Made by a program: the position numbers and the translations under genes
In this document: one piece after another, positions 1 to 11,485 of the stretch
Layout of the letters: every line of letters starts with the position of its first letter
Numbering within the stretch: position 1 is the first letter of the stretch
The notes under the pieces: model-generated
The model's database searches: none
The model's input: only the letters and a program-made list of their open reading frames with translations
Told to the model about the DNA's origin: nothing
DNA from: Setoptus koraiensis
Lineage: Eukaryota > Animalia > Arthropoda
Length of the DNA stretch: 64,000 nucleotides
Assembly (NCBI GenBank): GCA_048013815.1
Contig: CM106586.1
Coordinates: 1,922,001 to 1,986,000 of the forward strand
Reading direction: 5' to 3'

Positions 1-358
1 TTATGGTAATCTCATAACAGTGTTTAAGTATAAGTATATGAGTAGATGGTCATTTAATTAGTAGTAACTGCGTACATTGGTCCATAGGTTTGTGTATATG
101 TGTAACAAAAAAGTATCCTGATGACAGTTATTGTGACTCGTGTGTGTAACGGCGTCAACTAAAGTAGACTGACTGTGAAATGTTGTGTTCTTCTGTTAAC
201 ACAGTGAGATGATCTATAGTATAGTAGGTAAACATTGTAAGTCAAATCAACATTAACACTAATAATAACATGATGACATCAGCCACTAAAATGTGTGTCG
301 TAAGTATGGTGCAATTGTGTAAGCAAACAAAAAATTATTATCACGCGCAACTAATCAG

Positions 359-1211
359 TTAAGTTCCGGGCGATACCTTTTGGATAGGAATATGACGAGC
401 CTTGTCCCTTAGTGAAAGAGGAAGGGGCGCCTCGACGGTCAAAACTCCGTCGCGAGACAATGTAGATCGGATGAGTTCCGGATTGACACCCTCGGGCAAT
501 AGAAATTCTCTGTTGTATTCTCTGTATACACTACGACTATCTGACTTTTCCTCGTGCCTTGCGTGTACCTGAATAATGTTCAATTTTGTTCAATAATCAA
601 TATTAGATTATAAAGATACATTATTATTACATGTATAGTAATGGGAACAACAGAACCAATTATAACACAATGAGTGTAACTGTGCTCACCTGTAATTTGT
701 TGTCCACTGTCTTGACAATGATCTCTTCTGGCTCGTATTGCGTGACGTCAAACTTTAGTTTAAGCACTTTTCCGTCGCCGTCTGATTGCGTCTTGATTAG
801 TGGCGAATCAAAGTCATCCATCCAGGAGGTCATATCGGCGATACCCTGTCTAGAGCCGGGCCGTTGTTGGTGCGGCTGTTGACGCTGTTGTTGGTGACGA
901 TCAGACGACAATGGAGACAGGGGACGCGCTTGAAGACCGCCAATAGGCGACCCACCCAAACCGGTACGACTGTTCGACGACTGCTGTTGTCTACTGCTAG
1001 TGTAGGAGGAAGACGATGAGGAGGAGGTTGATTTCGAAACAGTTGTATCTTTTTCTTTTTCTTGCATGCGCATTCTAAATCTATTCATATCTTCTTCCAT
1101 TTTTTTCATTTCCTCATCGAAACGCTCTCTAATGCTCTTGAATTCCTTGTCAATAAAGGACTCCTCTGTCCTTGAAATATGTACCTTCCTCTCTGGAGGT
1201 GTTGATGCCAT
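359..1211 (-). CDS. Small heat shock protein, alpha-crystallin/HSP20 domain (HSPB1/HspB8-like); exons 1211-690 and 568-359
   Basis: Joining the two ORFs across a GTGAGC...TTCAG intron (689-569) gives a continuous alpha-crystallin domain (LKFDVTQYEPEEIIVKTVDNKLQ|VHARHEEK...YREYNREFLLPEGVNP..IRSTLSRDGVLTVEAPLP). First ATG is at 1211; the ORF track start at 1250 is a TTG. Confidence 0.92.
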
Positions 1212-1387
1212 TGTTTCTGTCCGTTTGATTATTTGTTTGCCTGTGATCAAGATGTTTTTTCCAAAAGATTTATTGCAAATTAGTTAACGATCAAAGCACA
1301 CACAAGTTGATGACGAAGAGAAGAAGGCTAATTAATTTGCCGCCTGTATGCTTGATCGTCCCTCTATTGGATATAACTGTGAATACT

Positions 1388-1410
1388 TGTGTGTGTGTGT
1401 GTGTGTGTGT
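1388..1410. repeat. (TG)n microsatellite
   Basis: Directly visible dinucleotide run. Confidence 0.9.
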
Positions 1411-3061
1411 CAACGTAATTGTGTAGGCGTTTTTAACAACTTTCACTAATGAACTCGATATGTGGGTTAGTAAAAATTCTTTTCTTTTTATATTTTCAGT
1501 TGCAACCTTTGATGATTGAGTGTTAGCTCAATTCGAGTCGATTTTCGAATGGCCGCTGGTCGTTTGTACGAATCGACAATTGAAAATTTGTCCAACAAAT
1601 AAGCCCCAGACCGTTGAGCTCAATCCACTGAAGATATTTAGCACGTTCGCACTGGATAATTTTTAATAAATTCTCAAGCGATGCAAAACAATGTCGGCGC
1701 TGTGTAGCCCAAAAATAGTAGTTTGAATGCAGTACGTGTAAGTGTGTCTGTGTGTGTGTGTTCGTTGCTAAGACCCCTAAACGATTCACTGTGAATTGAT
1801 GAGGCTGCTCGAATGTGGGAAGTGCAGCCAGTTTGCGTAGGCAGTTTCGCTCAAAATGCACCACCAATATAGCAGTACGTGGCAAGCGTGTTGTTGTTGT
1901 TGTTGTCGAATGTTTACGTAATGAATTTATCTTTAGCCTCTTTCTCTTTTGAACGCGCTAGTTATTTTTGTTGCGCATTTCAATTCCTAGTTAGCTATTA
2001 CGTAGTTACACACTTCTACCACTACTACAACTACTGCTACTACTATCACAATAAATATATCCAATTGACAACGCTAGTTTGAAATAGCTTGCCAAATCTA
2101 ACCGTGAGTGTGTGAGTGTGCTTGCAGCCGAGTGAGCTCAGCTAGTAGGTGGCTTTTACTTTCAAATCAAACTCTGCTCTTTCACCACAACTGTTTACAC
2201 ACAACTGTGAAGTTGGCATTTCAATAGGCTGGCTGGCTGGCGAGATCTTTTGTATGTGTGTGTATGATATCTGGGCGTTGTTACCTATTTCTTTGGTGCA
2301 ATATTGTTGCAACAATTCACTCTAGAACCACCATTTATTCATTCACGATGAATTCACATTCGGTTAATACGATAGAATCTTTTTCGCTTCTAATATATTA
2401 TATTGTTCTGTGTGGTTACTCTGTGAGCAGAAGGTCATTGCTAATATAATTATATCATATATATCTATATATATGATTTTGCTACTTTCACTCTATTATA
2501 GCAGAACAGACTTATAATTGTTCGTTGTTGATTTATAACACTATCACACGGTGCATTGTGGCTTCGTTATCTTTGTCAGTATATCAATTAGTCACTCGCA
2601 TTGTAAAAACTCTAATCTACACTCTAGGGTGATAAACTAAATGATATAACATTGTCATGTTAATGAGTAAATACCCAAATGAAACAGTCTAGTATTGAAA
2701 TACCATAGTGGTTGTGGTAGTAGTAAAAACAATTAAGATCAGCCAGATAAATCATTTGCAACATGTCATGTATGTTTATGATGACACATAATGCCTCTAT
2801 TTACAGATCGACATGCCACAAAACAACACAAGCAAGATTCAAATAACAACAAGTCTATACTAAGGAGGAAAAGAGATGCAGTATATTGTTGTGTAAGACA
2901 CCTCTAATATGCTAGCTGTTGACTGATCAAACTGATTGTGTATTTAATAGATAAAGATTGATCGATTGTTAATGAAGTATGTTTTTTATTGTATTTATTC
3001 AGTATTGTGGGGCTTATACGTGCAAAAGACACATCAAATATATTCCGGCGGTCTAATTTAC

Positions 3062-3920
3062 TCAGTAGTCGCCGCCTCCGTGACACTGATCCATTTGACG
3101 CTCATTTGGCTTTGGCTCAATCTTGATTAGATCGTCGATTCTCAATATCGTGATAGCTGCCTCAGTCGCGAATTTAAGCGATTTGATTTTTGATATCGAT
3201 GGCTCTAAAACTCCGGCCTCTTTATTGTCTCTTACTGCTCCTTCAACTAGATCAAGGCCAACCCATTTCAATTGAGCATGCTCCGCTTTTGTTTGAGAGC
3301 TGTTGTGGTAGGCGCGAAGTTTGGCCACCAAGTCGGAAGCGTCTTTAGCAGCGTTAACGGCTAAAGTTTTTGGTATAATTAAAAGACTTTTAGCGAACTC
3401 TGCAATCGCTAACTGTTCTCTCGAGCTTAGAGATGTAGCAAAGCTTTCTAGATAAATTGAGAGAGCGGCCTCAACTGCTCCACCACCAGGGACCAGTTTC
3501 TTAGATTCGAGAACTCGCTTCACAACACATATAGCATCATGTATCGATCTCTCTGTTTCATCTAAGAAATACTCATTGGGACCACGTAAGATAATAGATG
3601 CTGAGTTGTGGTTTTTGGGCTGCTTAATCAGTACTAACTCGTTATCTGAGACACGTTCTTGCACTACCTCTTCTGCTTCACCAAGTAAAGAAGGATCGAA
3701 GGATTCTTCGCCCTCCATATTGGCCAAAGACAGTAGAAGTTGACCACCTGTTGCCTTGGCAACCCTTTTCAGATCCATTTTAGGGCAAAAGTTGACTGCC
3801 ATGATGCCTTTCTCAATTAAGTATTTGTTGCATAAATCATCGATGCTGCCGGTAGTCAGGATGACATTCGCACCAGAGGCAATAATTTTTTGGATCCTTT
3901 CCTTTGGTATGAGGCTCTCT
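3062..3920 (-). CDS. TCP1: T-complex protein 1 subunit alpha (CCT1), 3' exon only; 5' half not found in the window
   Basis: KERIQKII.SGANVILTTG, ASIILRG.N....DE.ERSIHDAICVVKRVLESK.LVPGGGAVEAALSIYLE, SREQLAIAEFA, KSLKFATEAAITILRIDDLIK are CCT-alpha signatures. Acceptor TTCTAG precedes 3920. Confidence 0.92.
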
Positions 3921-4200
3921 CTAGAATGGTACAATAAAACATGAGAAGAAAAATAAAGTAGAGAGGTTAGTTCCGTGATATACGGGCATATTGCGCATAG
4001 TAGAATACATGTAACTGCGACATCCTGTCGACCAATCCATTGAATCATCAACTCTGACGATCTTGGAATGAAGATTGTTGTGTCCAGTGCCTTTATATTC
4101 CAACGTTACTGACAGCAAGTGCCAGACCAATATTACTCAGCTATATACAGCAGAGAACATTGTTTTGTTGGGAGATCAAGAGTACATGGGAGATATGCTT

Positions 4201-6191
4201 GTGAGCTGGGGATGGGGTGAGTTGGGCGCGAGTGTGAGGATGGGTTTGGTGTGAGGGGAGTGGAGGGGGTGTGGGTTGGGTGTGGGGTGGGTTGAGTGGG
4301 AGGGCGTGGGCGGGTCGCGCGGGTGTTGTGGGGTGTGTGTTGTGCGGGGAGGGCGGGGTGTGTGGGAGCGCGTGGGCGGCGAGATGTGTGTGCTGGTGTG
4401 TGGGGGGTGTGTCGCGAGAGGGTGTGGGGTCGAGGTTGGGTGGTGTGGGTGAGGGGCGTTGGCGTGCGTGGTGTGATTGTGTGAGTGTGTGTGTGTGGGT
4501 GTGTGAGTGTGTGTGGGGGGGGGTGTGGGGTGGGGGTGGGGTGTGGGGGGGGGGTGTGGGGTGTGGGGGGGGTGGGGTGGGGTGTGGGGTTGGTGGGGGG
4601 GGGGTGGGGGGGGGGGGGGGGTGGGGTGGGGTGGGGGGGGGGTGGGGTGTGGGGTTGGGTGGGGGGTGTGGGGTGTGGTGGGGGGGGGGTGGTGGGGTGG
4701 GGGTGGGGTGGGGTGGGGGTGGGTGGTGGGGGTGGGGTGGGGGGGGGGGTGTGGGGTGGGGTGGGGTGGGGTGGGGTGGTGGTGGGGTGGGGTGGGGGGG
4801 TGTGGGTGGGGTGTGGGGGGGGGTGGGGTGGGGGGGGTGGGGTGGGGTGTGTGTGGGGTGGGGTGGTGGGGTGGGGTGGGGTGTGGGGTGGGGTGGGGTG
4901 GGGGAGAGGTGGGTGGGGTGGGGTGGGGGGGTGTGGGGGTGGGGTGGGGTGTGGGGTGGGGTGGGTGGGGTGGGGGGGGTGGGGTGGGGTGGGGTGGGGT
5001 GGGGTGGGGGGGGGGTGGTGTGGGGTGTGGGTGGGGTGGGGTGGGGTGGGGTGTGGGGTGGGGTGGGGTGGGGGGGGGGTGGGGTGGGGTGTGGTGTGTG
5101 TGTGTGTGTGGGGTGGGTGGGGTGGGGGGGGGGGTGGGGGGGGGTGTGGGGTGGGGTGGGGTGGGGGGGGGTGGGGTGGGTGGGTGTGGGGTGGGGTGGG
5201 GTGGTGGGGTGTGGGGTGGGGTGGGGTGGGGGGGGGGGGTGTGTGTGTGGGGTGGGGTGGGGTGGGGTGGGGTGGGGTGGGGTGTGTGGGGTGGGGTGGG
5301 GTGTGGGGTGGGGTGGGGGGGGGGTGGGGTGGGGTGGGGGGGGGGTGGGGTGGGGTGTGGGGTGGGGTGGGGTGGGGTGGGGTGGGGTGGGGGGGGGGTG
5401 GGGTGGGGTGTGGGGTGGGGGGGTGGGGGGGGGGTGGGGGGGGGGGTGTGGGGTGGGTGGGGTGGGTGGTGGGGTGGGGTGGGGGGGGTGGGGTGTGGGG
5501 TGGGGTGTGGGGGGGGGGTGTGGGGGGGGGGTGGGGTGGGGGGGGGGGGTGGGGGGGGGGTGGGGTGGGGTGGGGGGGGGGTGGGGTGGGGTGTGGGGTG
5601 GGGTGGGGGGGGGGTGGGGTGGGGTGGTGGGGGGGGGTGGGGTGGGGTGGGGTGTGGTGGGGTGGGGGGTGGGGTGGGGTGGGTGGGGTGGGGTGGGGTG
5701 GGGTGGTGGGGTGGGGTGGGGTGTGGGGGGGGTGGGGTGGGGTGTGGGTGGGGTGGGGTGGGGGGTGGGGGGGGGGTGGGGTGGGGTGGGGTGGGGTGGG
5801 GTGGGGTGGGGTTGGGGTGTGGGGGGGGGTGGGGTGGGTGGGGTGGGGTGGTGGGGTGGGGGGGGTGGGGGGGTGGGGTGGGGTGGGGGGGGGGTGGGGT
5901 GGGGTGGGGTGTGGGGTGGGTTGGGGTGGGGGGGGGTGGGGTGTGGGGTGGGGTGGGGTGGGGGGGTGGGGTGTGGGGTGGTGGGGTGGGTGGGGTGGGG
6001 TGGGTGGGGTGGTGTGGGGGGGGTGTGGGGGGGGTGGGGGGGTGGGGTGGGGTGGGGTGTGGGGTGGGGTGGGGTGGGTGGGGGGGGGGTGGGGTGTGGG
6101 GGTGGGGTGGGGTGGGGTGGGGTGGGGTGGGGGGGGGTTGGGGTGGGGTGTGGGGGGGGGGGTGTTGGGTGGGGTGGGGTGTGGGGTGGGG
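4201..6191. repeat. G-rich low-complexity tract, mostly irregular (GGGGT)n; possibly an assembly or base-calling artefact
   Basis: A and C disappear progressively from about 4200; beyond about 4520 the tract is almost only G and T, and it ends at the N gap. Confidence 0.85.
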
Positions 6192-6691
6192 NNNNNNNNN
6201 NNNNNNNNNNNNNNNNNNNNNNNNNNNNNNNNNNNNNNNNNNNNNNNNNNNNNNNNNNNNNNNNNNNNNNNNNNNNNNNNNNNNNNNNNNNNNNNNNNNN
6301 NNNNNNNNNNNNNNNNNNNNNNNNNNNNNNNNNNNNNNNNNNNNNNNNNNNNNNNNNNNNNNNNNNNNNNNNNNNNNNNNNNNNNNNNNNNNNNNNNNNN
6401 NNNNNNNNNNNNNNNNNNNNNNNNNNNNNNNNNNNNNNNNNNNNNNNNNNNNNNNNNNNNNNNNNNNNNNNNNNNNNNNNNNNNNNNNNNNNNNNNNNNN
6501 NNNNNNNNNNNNNNNNNNNNNNNNNNNNNNNNNNNNNNNNNNNNNNNNNNNNNNNNNNNNNNNNNNNNNNNNNNNNNNNNNNNNNNNNNNNNNNNNNNNN
6601 NNNNNNNNNNNNNNNNNNNNNNNNNNNNNNNNNNNNNNNNNNNNNNNNNNNNNNNNNNNNNNNNNNNNNNNNNNNNNNNNNNNNNNNNNNN
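6192..6691. other. Assembly gap (500 N)
   Basis: Run of N characters. Confidence 1.
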
Positions 6692-9600
6692 GGAGAATAG
6701 ATGTATGGAGGTTGCTTCAGTGGCACTAGCGACCATAGCATAGATGAGAAGCCAGCCTTAAATAGAGTGCCTATTGAAACTAGACTAATCTGCTCGATTC
6801 CAAAAGTACGAAGGTAAAACAAATTCACTATATAATGATGAGGTAAATTCATCATAACAGTGTAACTAATACTTACTTGCCCTTTTTCTTCTTATCCAGT
6901 ATTCTTGCTATAAGTGTTGTTATCTAATCAATGGTATTCTTCTTTTTACTTGCAATCCATTTGATAAGTTGGTCGGACTTGGTTACTGTATGTTGCAAAT
7001 GTATATTGCTGGTACTTTTCTTTCAGTCAGATCCAAAGAATATGCTACTCAGTGAGAGAAAGAGATCGACTAAGGGAGGAGCCGTCGGAGATAGTGGTTC
7101 GTCTTAAAACTTGTCTTAGGGTTGGCTTGAGAGTTGAAAGCGGGATAGAAAAAAAACGAGAAAAATAATTGTCTCCTCTATGTCTGATGTGCGGTGCAAA
7201 TCAATGTTCTATGAGTTTGGTAACGAAACTCTCATGACAAGGTGCGAGTGAGTCATGTATATTGAACCTCAGAAAATAGTTGAATTCAGTCCTAAGATTA
7301 TATTATATCCATTACTATATTGACGATTTGAACAGAGAGGCACAAGCAGTCTTGGTGTGTCTGATAAACACATTGAGACTGTTGAACACATTCGCCTTAC
7401 AAGTCTGCCATGTTAGTATTCAATGTGCTCCTAAATGTATGTATATGTGTGTCTGTACGGTTGGTTGGTATGTGTATGTTCATGTAAAAAGATAACATCT
7501 ACAGAATGGTTTATTCGCCGTATGTACGTTAGATGATTATTATATATAGTTGGCCGGCCTGATTAGATGTTGATTACTATTCGTGTAGGCAGTGTGTTAA
7601 TAGTGTGATATCAATAATAACGCAAGTAGCAGAAGAATACAGGTGGGTGGAGGGTTATCGTCTTCTAATGAGTTGCTGCTTTCAATTGTATGTCACGGTG
7701 TTCATCGGGTGAAATCTTCTTTTCAGTTGCTTCTTCGTCCTTTTAATACGCCATTCTCTCCTATTGGATTATACCACTGGGACAACTTTTCTGGGACATA
7801 ATGTGGGAAAAAAAGTCAACTGGATCGTTTCAATCGGCGTTAACATTGCTGGTGTAGTAAAAATAGAAATGTTATTTATCCTCCTCATTGATGATGCCCT
7901 TTCGATCTTCTTGATCTTCTTCGCTTGAGACTCTCCCTCTCTCCCTGTCCCGCTTGATGATGAGAATGATACGTTTTCTGGACAAAAATAATACGATATG
8001 AGTAGTATATGGTCTAAACATACGATAGCATTGATTCTGAACGACCAGGCCTCTCTGTGGCTTTACATTGGGCAAGAATTAAGAAAGAAAAAAAAAAGAC
8101 GACCCGGATTCAAAATGAGCCACGCATGATGCGCTTTGAGCACGCCTTCGACACACATGTTTAGGATAAAATGAGCGCAAGAACGTCAGATGACACACAG
8201 ACAATAAATAAACTACACACAGTTGTTTGGGCGAAAAGTCTACAATCATTACGCATTCTTCACAGAAGTTGGCTTGCGTCAAAGGGTCAAGAAAAGATTT
8301 CTCCATACTTCTTTTTGGCGCCCAGTTGATTACATATTAGAATTACTCCACTTATTTGAAGTGAAAGCGGTTCTTGTGCGAAGCCGCAATATAAACCTGA
8401 TCAGGCAAACAACAATGTAAACAAAGTTGTTGTCACAATTGGATCACACAATCTGTGTTAGTTTCATATATATATATATATATAAATATATGATGAAAAT
8501 GGATATATAATGGTTGATCTCGCTATGAACTTGATTATACGCAGAGATAAGACGACATCACAGAGCACTTGACAATATACTCTTCCTTTCAAGACACATT
8601 CAAAAGTTAATCAATGTTACTTACAACTGTTATTAGACTTCAAACCATGACGACAAGTTGAATTAAGTCGGTACTAAACAATTGTAGCGCTGCATTCGTG
8701 TGCAGTTCTTTGTTAGGCAGTAGAATAGCGTAGTCTCCTCTCATCGAAGTAGCTGAAAAAAATTATGTTATAGGTGGCATGCTAGACAGAGAAACTTGAG
8801 AAGCGCAAGTTAATTCTCTCCCTTTCATTCCCGTATAAACTACAGTATTCAATTCATTAACTATACAGTGGCAACCTATTTTGAGTTTTACGATTGCCTT
8901 ATTCGCCTGTAGTTGTTGCTACGTGATCGTTTCATTACAGGTTCTATTACTATTGCAGTCAGCACCCCGTCCGGTGATTATCTTTGATGATTATCATTGT
9001 TATTGCGAGGTTAGGGTGAACTAATAATATACAACTCAAACTTATTATTACTATACCTCAATATTAACAAGTGCCAAAAAGTGTTCGACTTGAATCCAGA
9101 CACCAGCAACCAATTGATGAGTGAAAATTAATCTCAAGCTGTCTGGTTATAATAATAGGTGAGGTATGAAAGCGGGGGTAAAAGTTGAAGAGACTCACTC
9201 TTCCACAATCTTCAAAGGCGGTGATGTTTTCAACTGTGACGGAACTGGATCTATACCTATATCTAGTTGATTTAATAGAAACGACAACAAATCTATCCAG
9301 CTGAGAGCTAACGTAGCGAGGCTCTGAAACCTCAAAAGCTCCAATAGAAACAGAATGTGATCCGACATTCGATTGGATTCCATACTTGTACCAGAAGTTT
9401 ATTAGAGCAAAAATTGTTGAGTAGAGTGATTTTCTCTCTTCTAATCAAATATGTATCAGAGTTGCTGAGCGTCTGAACACGTTCTAACTGATCTTCCAGG
9501 AGTTGCTTCATAGCTCTACCCATTTTCACCGGGCTAGCTCATTCTCTAGCGATGTACCATCATAAGTTATTCTGATCCATCAAATACTACTTAGTAGTAA

Positions 9601-10261
9601 TTGTTCTGTAAATTGTCTGATCGAACTACTTCAAGTGCAGATCGACATAAATATATTTATATCAGTGAGGCTAGTTCAAATGAGGACCAAGTGGTTCTCT
9701 TTTTCCTATATAAGATGCTGGCATATTGGGCATGTGTCATTGTTGGACGCCGTGCATAGATTATCGCTATCCTGAGATACTTCAGTGAACTGGAGCGTGG
9801 GAGCCAATGTTCTGGCGCCAGTGTTCAAACTGGCTTTAGTGGTCGGGGAAGGAATACCTCTACTTCCGCGAAACCACCTATGGGGAGGTCTAAATTTTGA
9901 CCTCACGTAGATCAAACAATATGCACATTATACCCCTAGCTTGATAAGAAAGAGCATAAAGACGATATGTTCACACATATCAATGCGTCTATATGAAACT
10001 GATCACACTTCATCACACATATTCAATGACAATTGTTAGAGTAGAAACAAAAAGTCCAAAGAAAATGCTGAAGGAATGAAGATTCCACGTGTAGGGTTAG
10101 AAGGCTAAATTGAAAAGGCGCGAGAGAAACCAGCAGTAGTGCAACTGGATGATCCAGCATCCATATTGCCAACTTGATCTGCCAAATGCAAACTCTGGTG
10201 TGTCTTCTGTTGGAACAAATCTGTAATCAACAATTTTAGCTTTAATAAACTTCTTTTACAA

Positions 10262-11485
10262 CTAGGACTTCCCGTTAGATGTAAGGTTTGTCTGATCACA
10301 TTCTGTTCTTGTTGGGGCCTCTGTTAATTTGAGAGCCTCATTAGGTTGGTTCTCAGCACCAGCTAGATTCGTTGATATAACGTCGTTTTGATTTAACGAA
10401 TCATCTGTTTCGTAATAATATAACTCCTCGGAGTTGTCTACCTCCTGATGAGTAAAAAATAATTGTGATCTCGAGCTGGCAGGCCATAATAAGTGAGTTG
10501 TGAAAGCAAAAGCGAGAAAATTTGCAGCCGAGGTAAAACCTGTAATCGAACGGATGCATAGGATAAACGAATTATTATCTAGTCTGAACATGAGGAATAG
10601 GTCGATAAAAATCAGTTGGTTACTTGCCTGTAATCAATTTTATCTGCCATCGAATATCAACTCTTAGAGCTATGATATAAACTATTATAGAGTGCACAAA
10701 CCAAACCATTGATAAAGCTCCAAAGTGTAAGTAGAATTTGAGCTTCTTTTGCTCCTGTTCTATTATCACAGTAGATCTTAATTCTAATAAAAAGTAGATC
10801 ATAATGACCACCCTAAGCCCTAGGCTCAATCTTCTGGGCAAAGCATGAGCCTTGGCTAAAGACTCATCCTCTCTTTCTGCCAGAGTATAGAATGCTAAAT
10901 CTGAACTTAGACATGCTATCCAGAAGATAATGAAGGCGTACTTAGATGGCACTTCTTGCCTGGTGATGGGCCAACCTTTGGCGACAATCAATAAGAACAG
11001 TATGAAGAAGTTCTGGTTTTATGGAGAGGAAATTATGAGTAATCAGCGATTAGTTTTCTATTATGACATATAAGGTTGTTAATCAACAGAGTTGGGTGCT
11101 GAACTTACTATCGAAATGATGTGAATATAGTCGGCGACCACCTCTAACACCCCAGTTGTGGCCGGATATTCGAATACGATCCTAGCGATTGTTGTAAGAG
11201 ATATCGAGCAGGCTTGCGTGAATAGTGCTATTGAAAAAGGTGAGATCAATAATTTGTGATATCGACATTTGCACATTGTATAGGTATGGGCAATAATTAA
11301 GAATGTATACATGAATATTAATAAGAGATATATCATATCCCTGGTAGAGTTCATACTTTGGCCTGCTTCTTGCATTGCAGAGTTCACAGACGAGTTTGCA
11401 GACGAATTTGTAGACTCAAGAGAATTACTAGGCTCTGACGAGTTAGCGGGGCGAGTAGAATTCATTGTGATTGTGAAGATGATAT
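10262..11485 (-). CDS. TMEM145/GPR180-family (GpcrRhopsn4) multi-pass membrane protein; exons about 11485-11109, 11012-10628, 10539-10262; upstream exons probable (to about 12750) but unresolved
   Basis: Spliced product has the family motifs LIVAKGWPITR, LRVVIMIYFLLELRST..IEQ..KKL.FYLHFGA.SMVWFV, W..KLITG.TSAANFLAF....LLWP, with regularly spaced hydrophobic segments. Introns 11108-11013 (GT-AG) and 10627-10540 (GC-AG) keep the frame. Confidence 0.75.

Noticed and set aside
4133-6855. 700-900 aa Pro/His/Thr-rich and Gly/Val/Trp-rich ORFs (extensin-like appearance)
   Set aside because: Open in several frames on both strands only because the G/T tract and Ns contain no stop codons; not a gene.
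6692-10100. Short ORFs with possible splice sites on the minus strand (e.g. 9195-9440)
   Set aside because: Could not assemble a consistent reading frame or recognise a family; a gene may exist but cannot be supported by eye.
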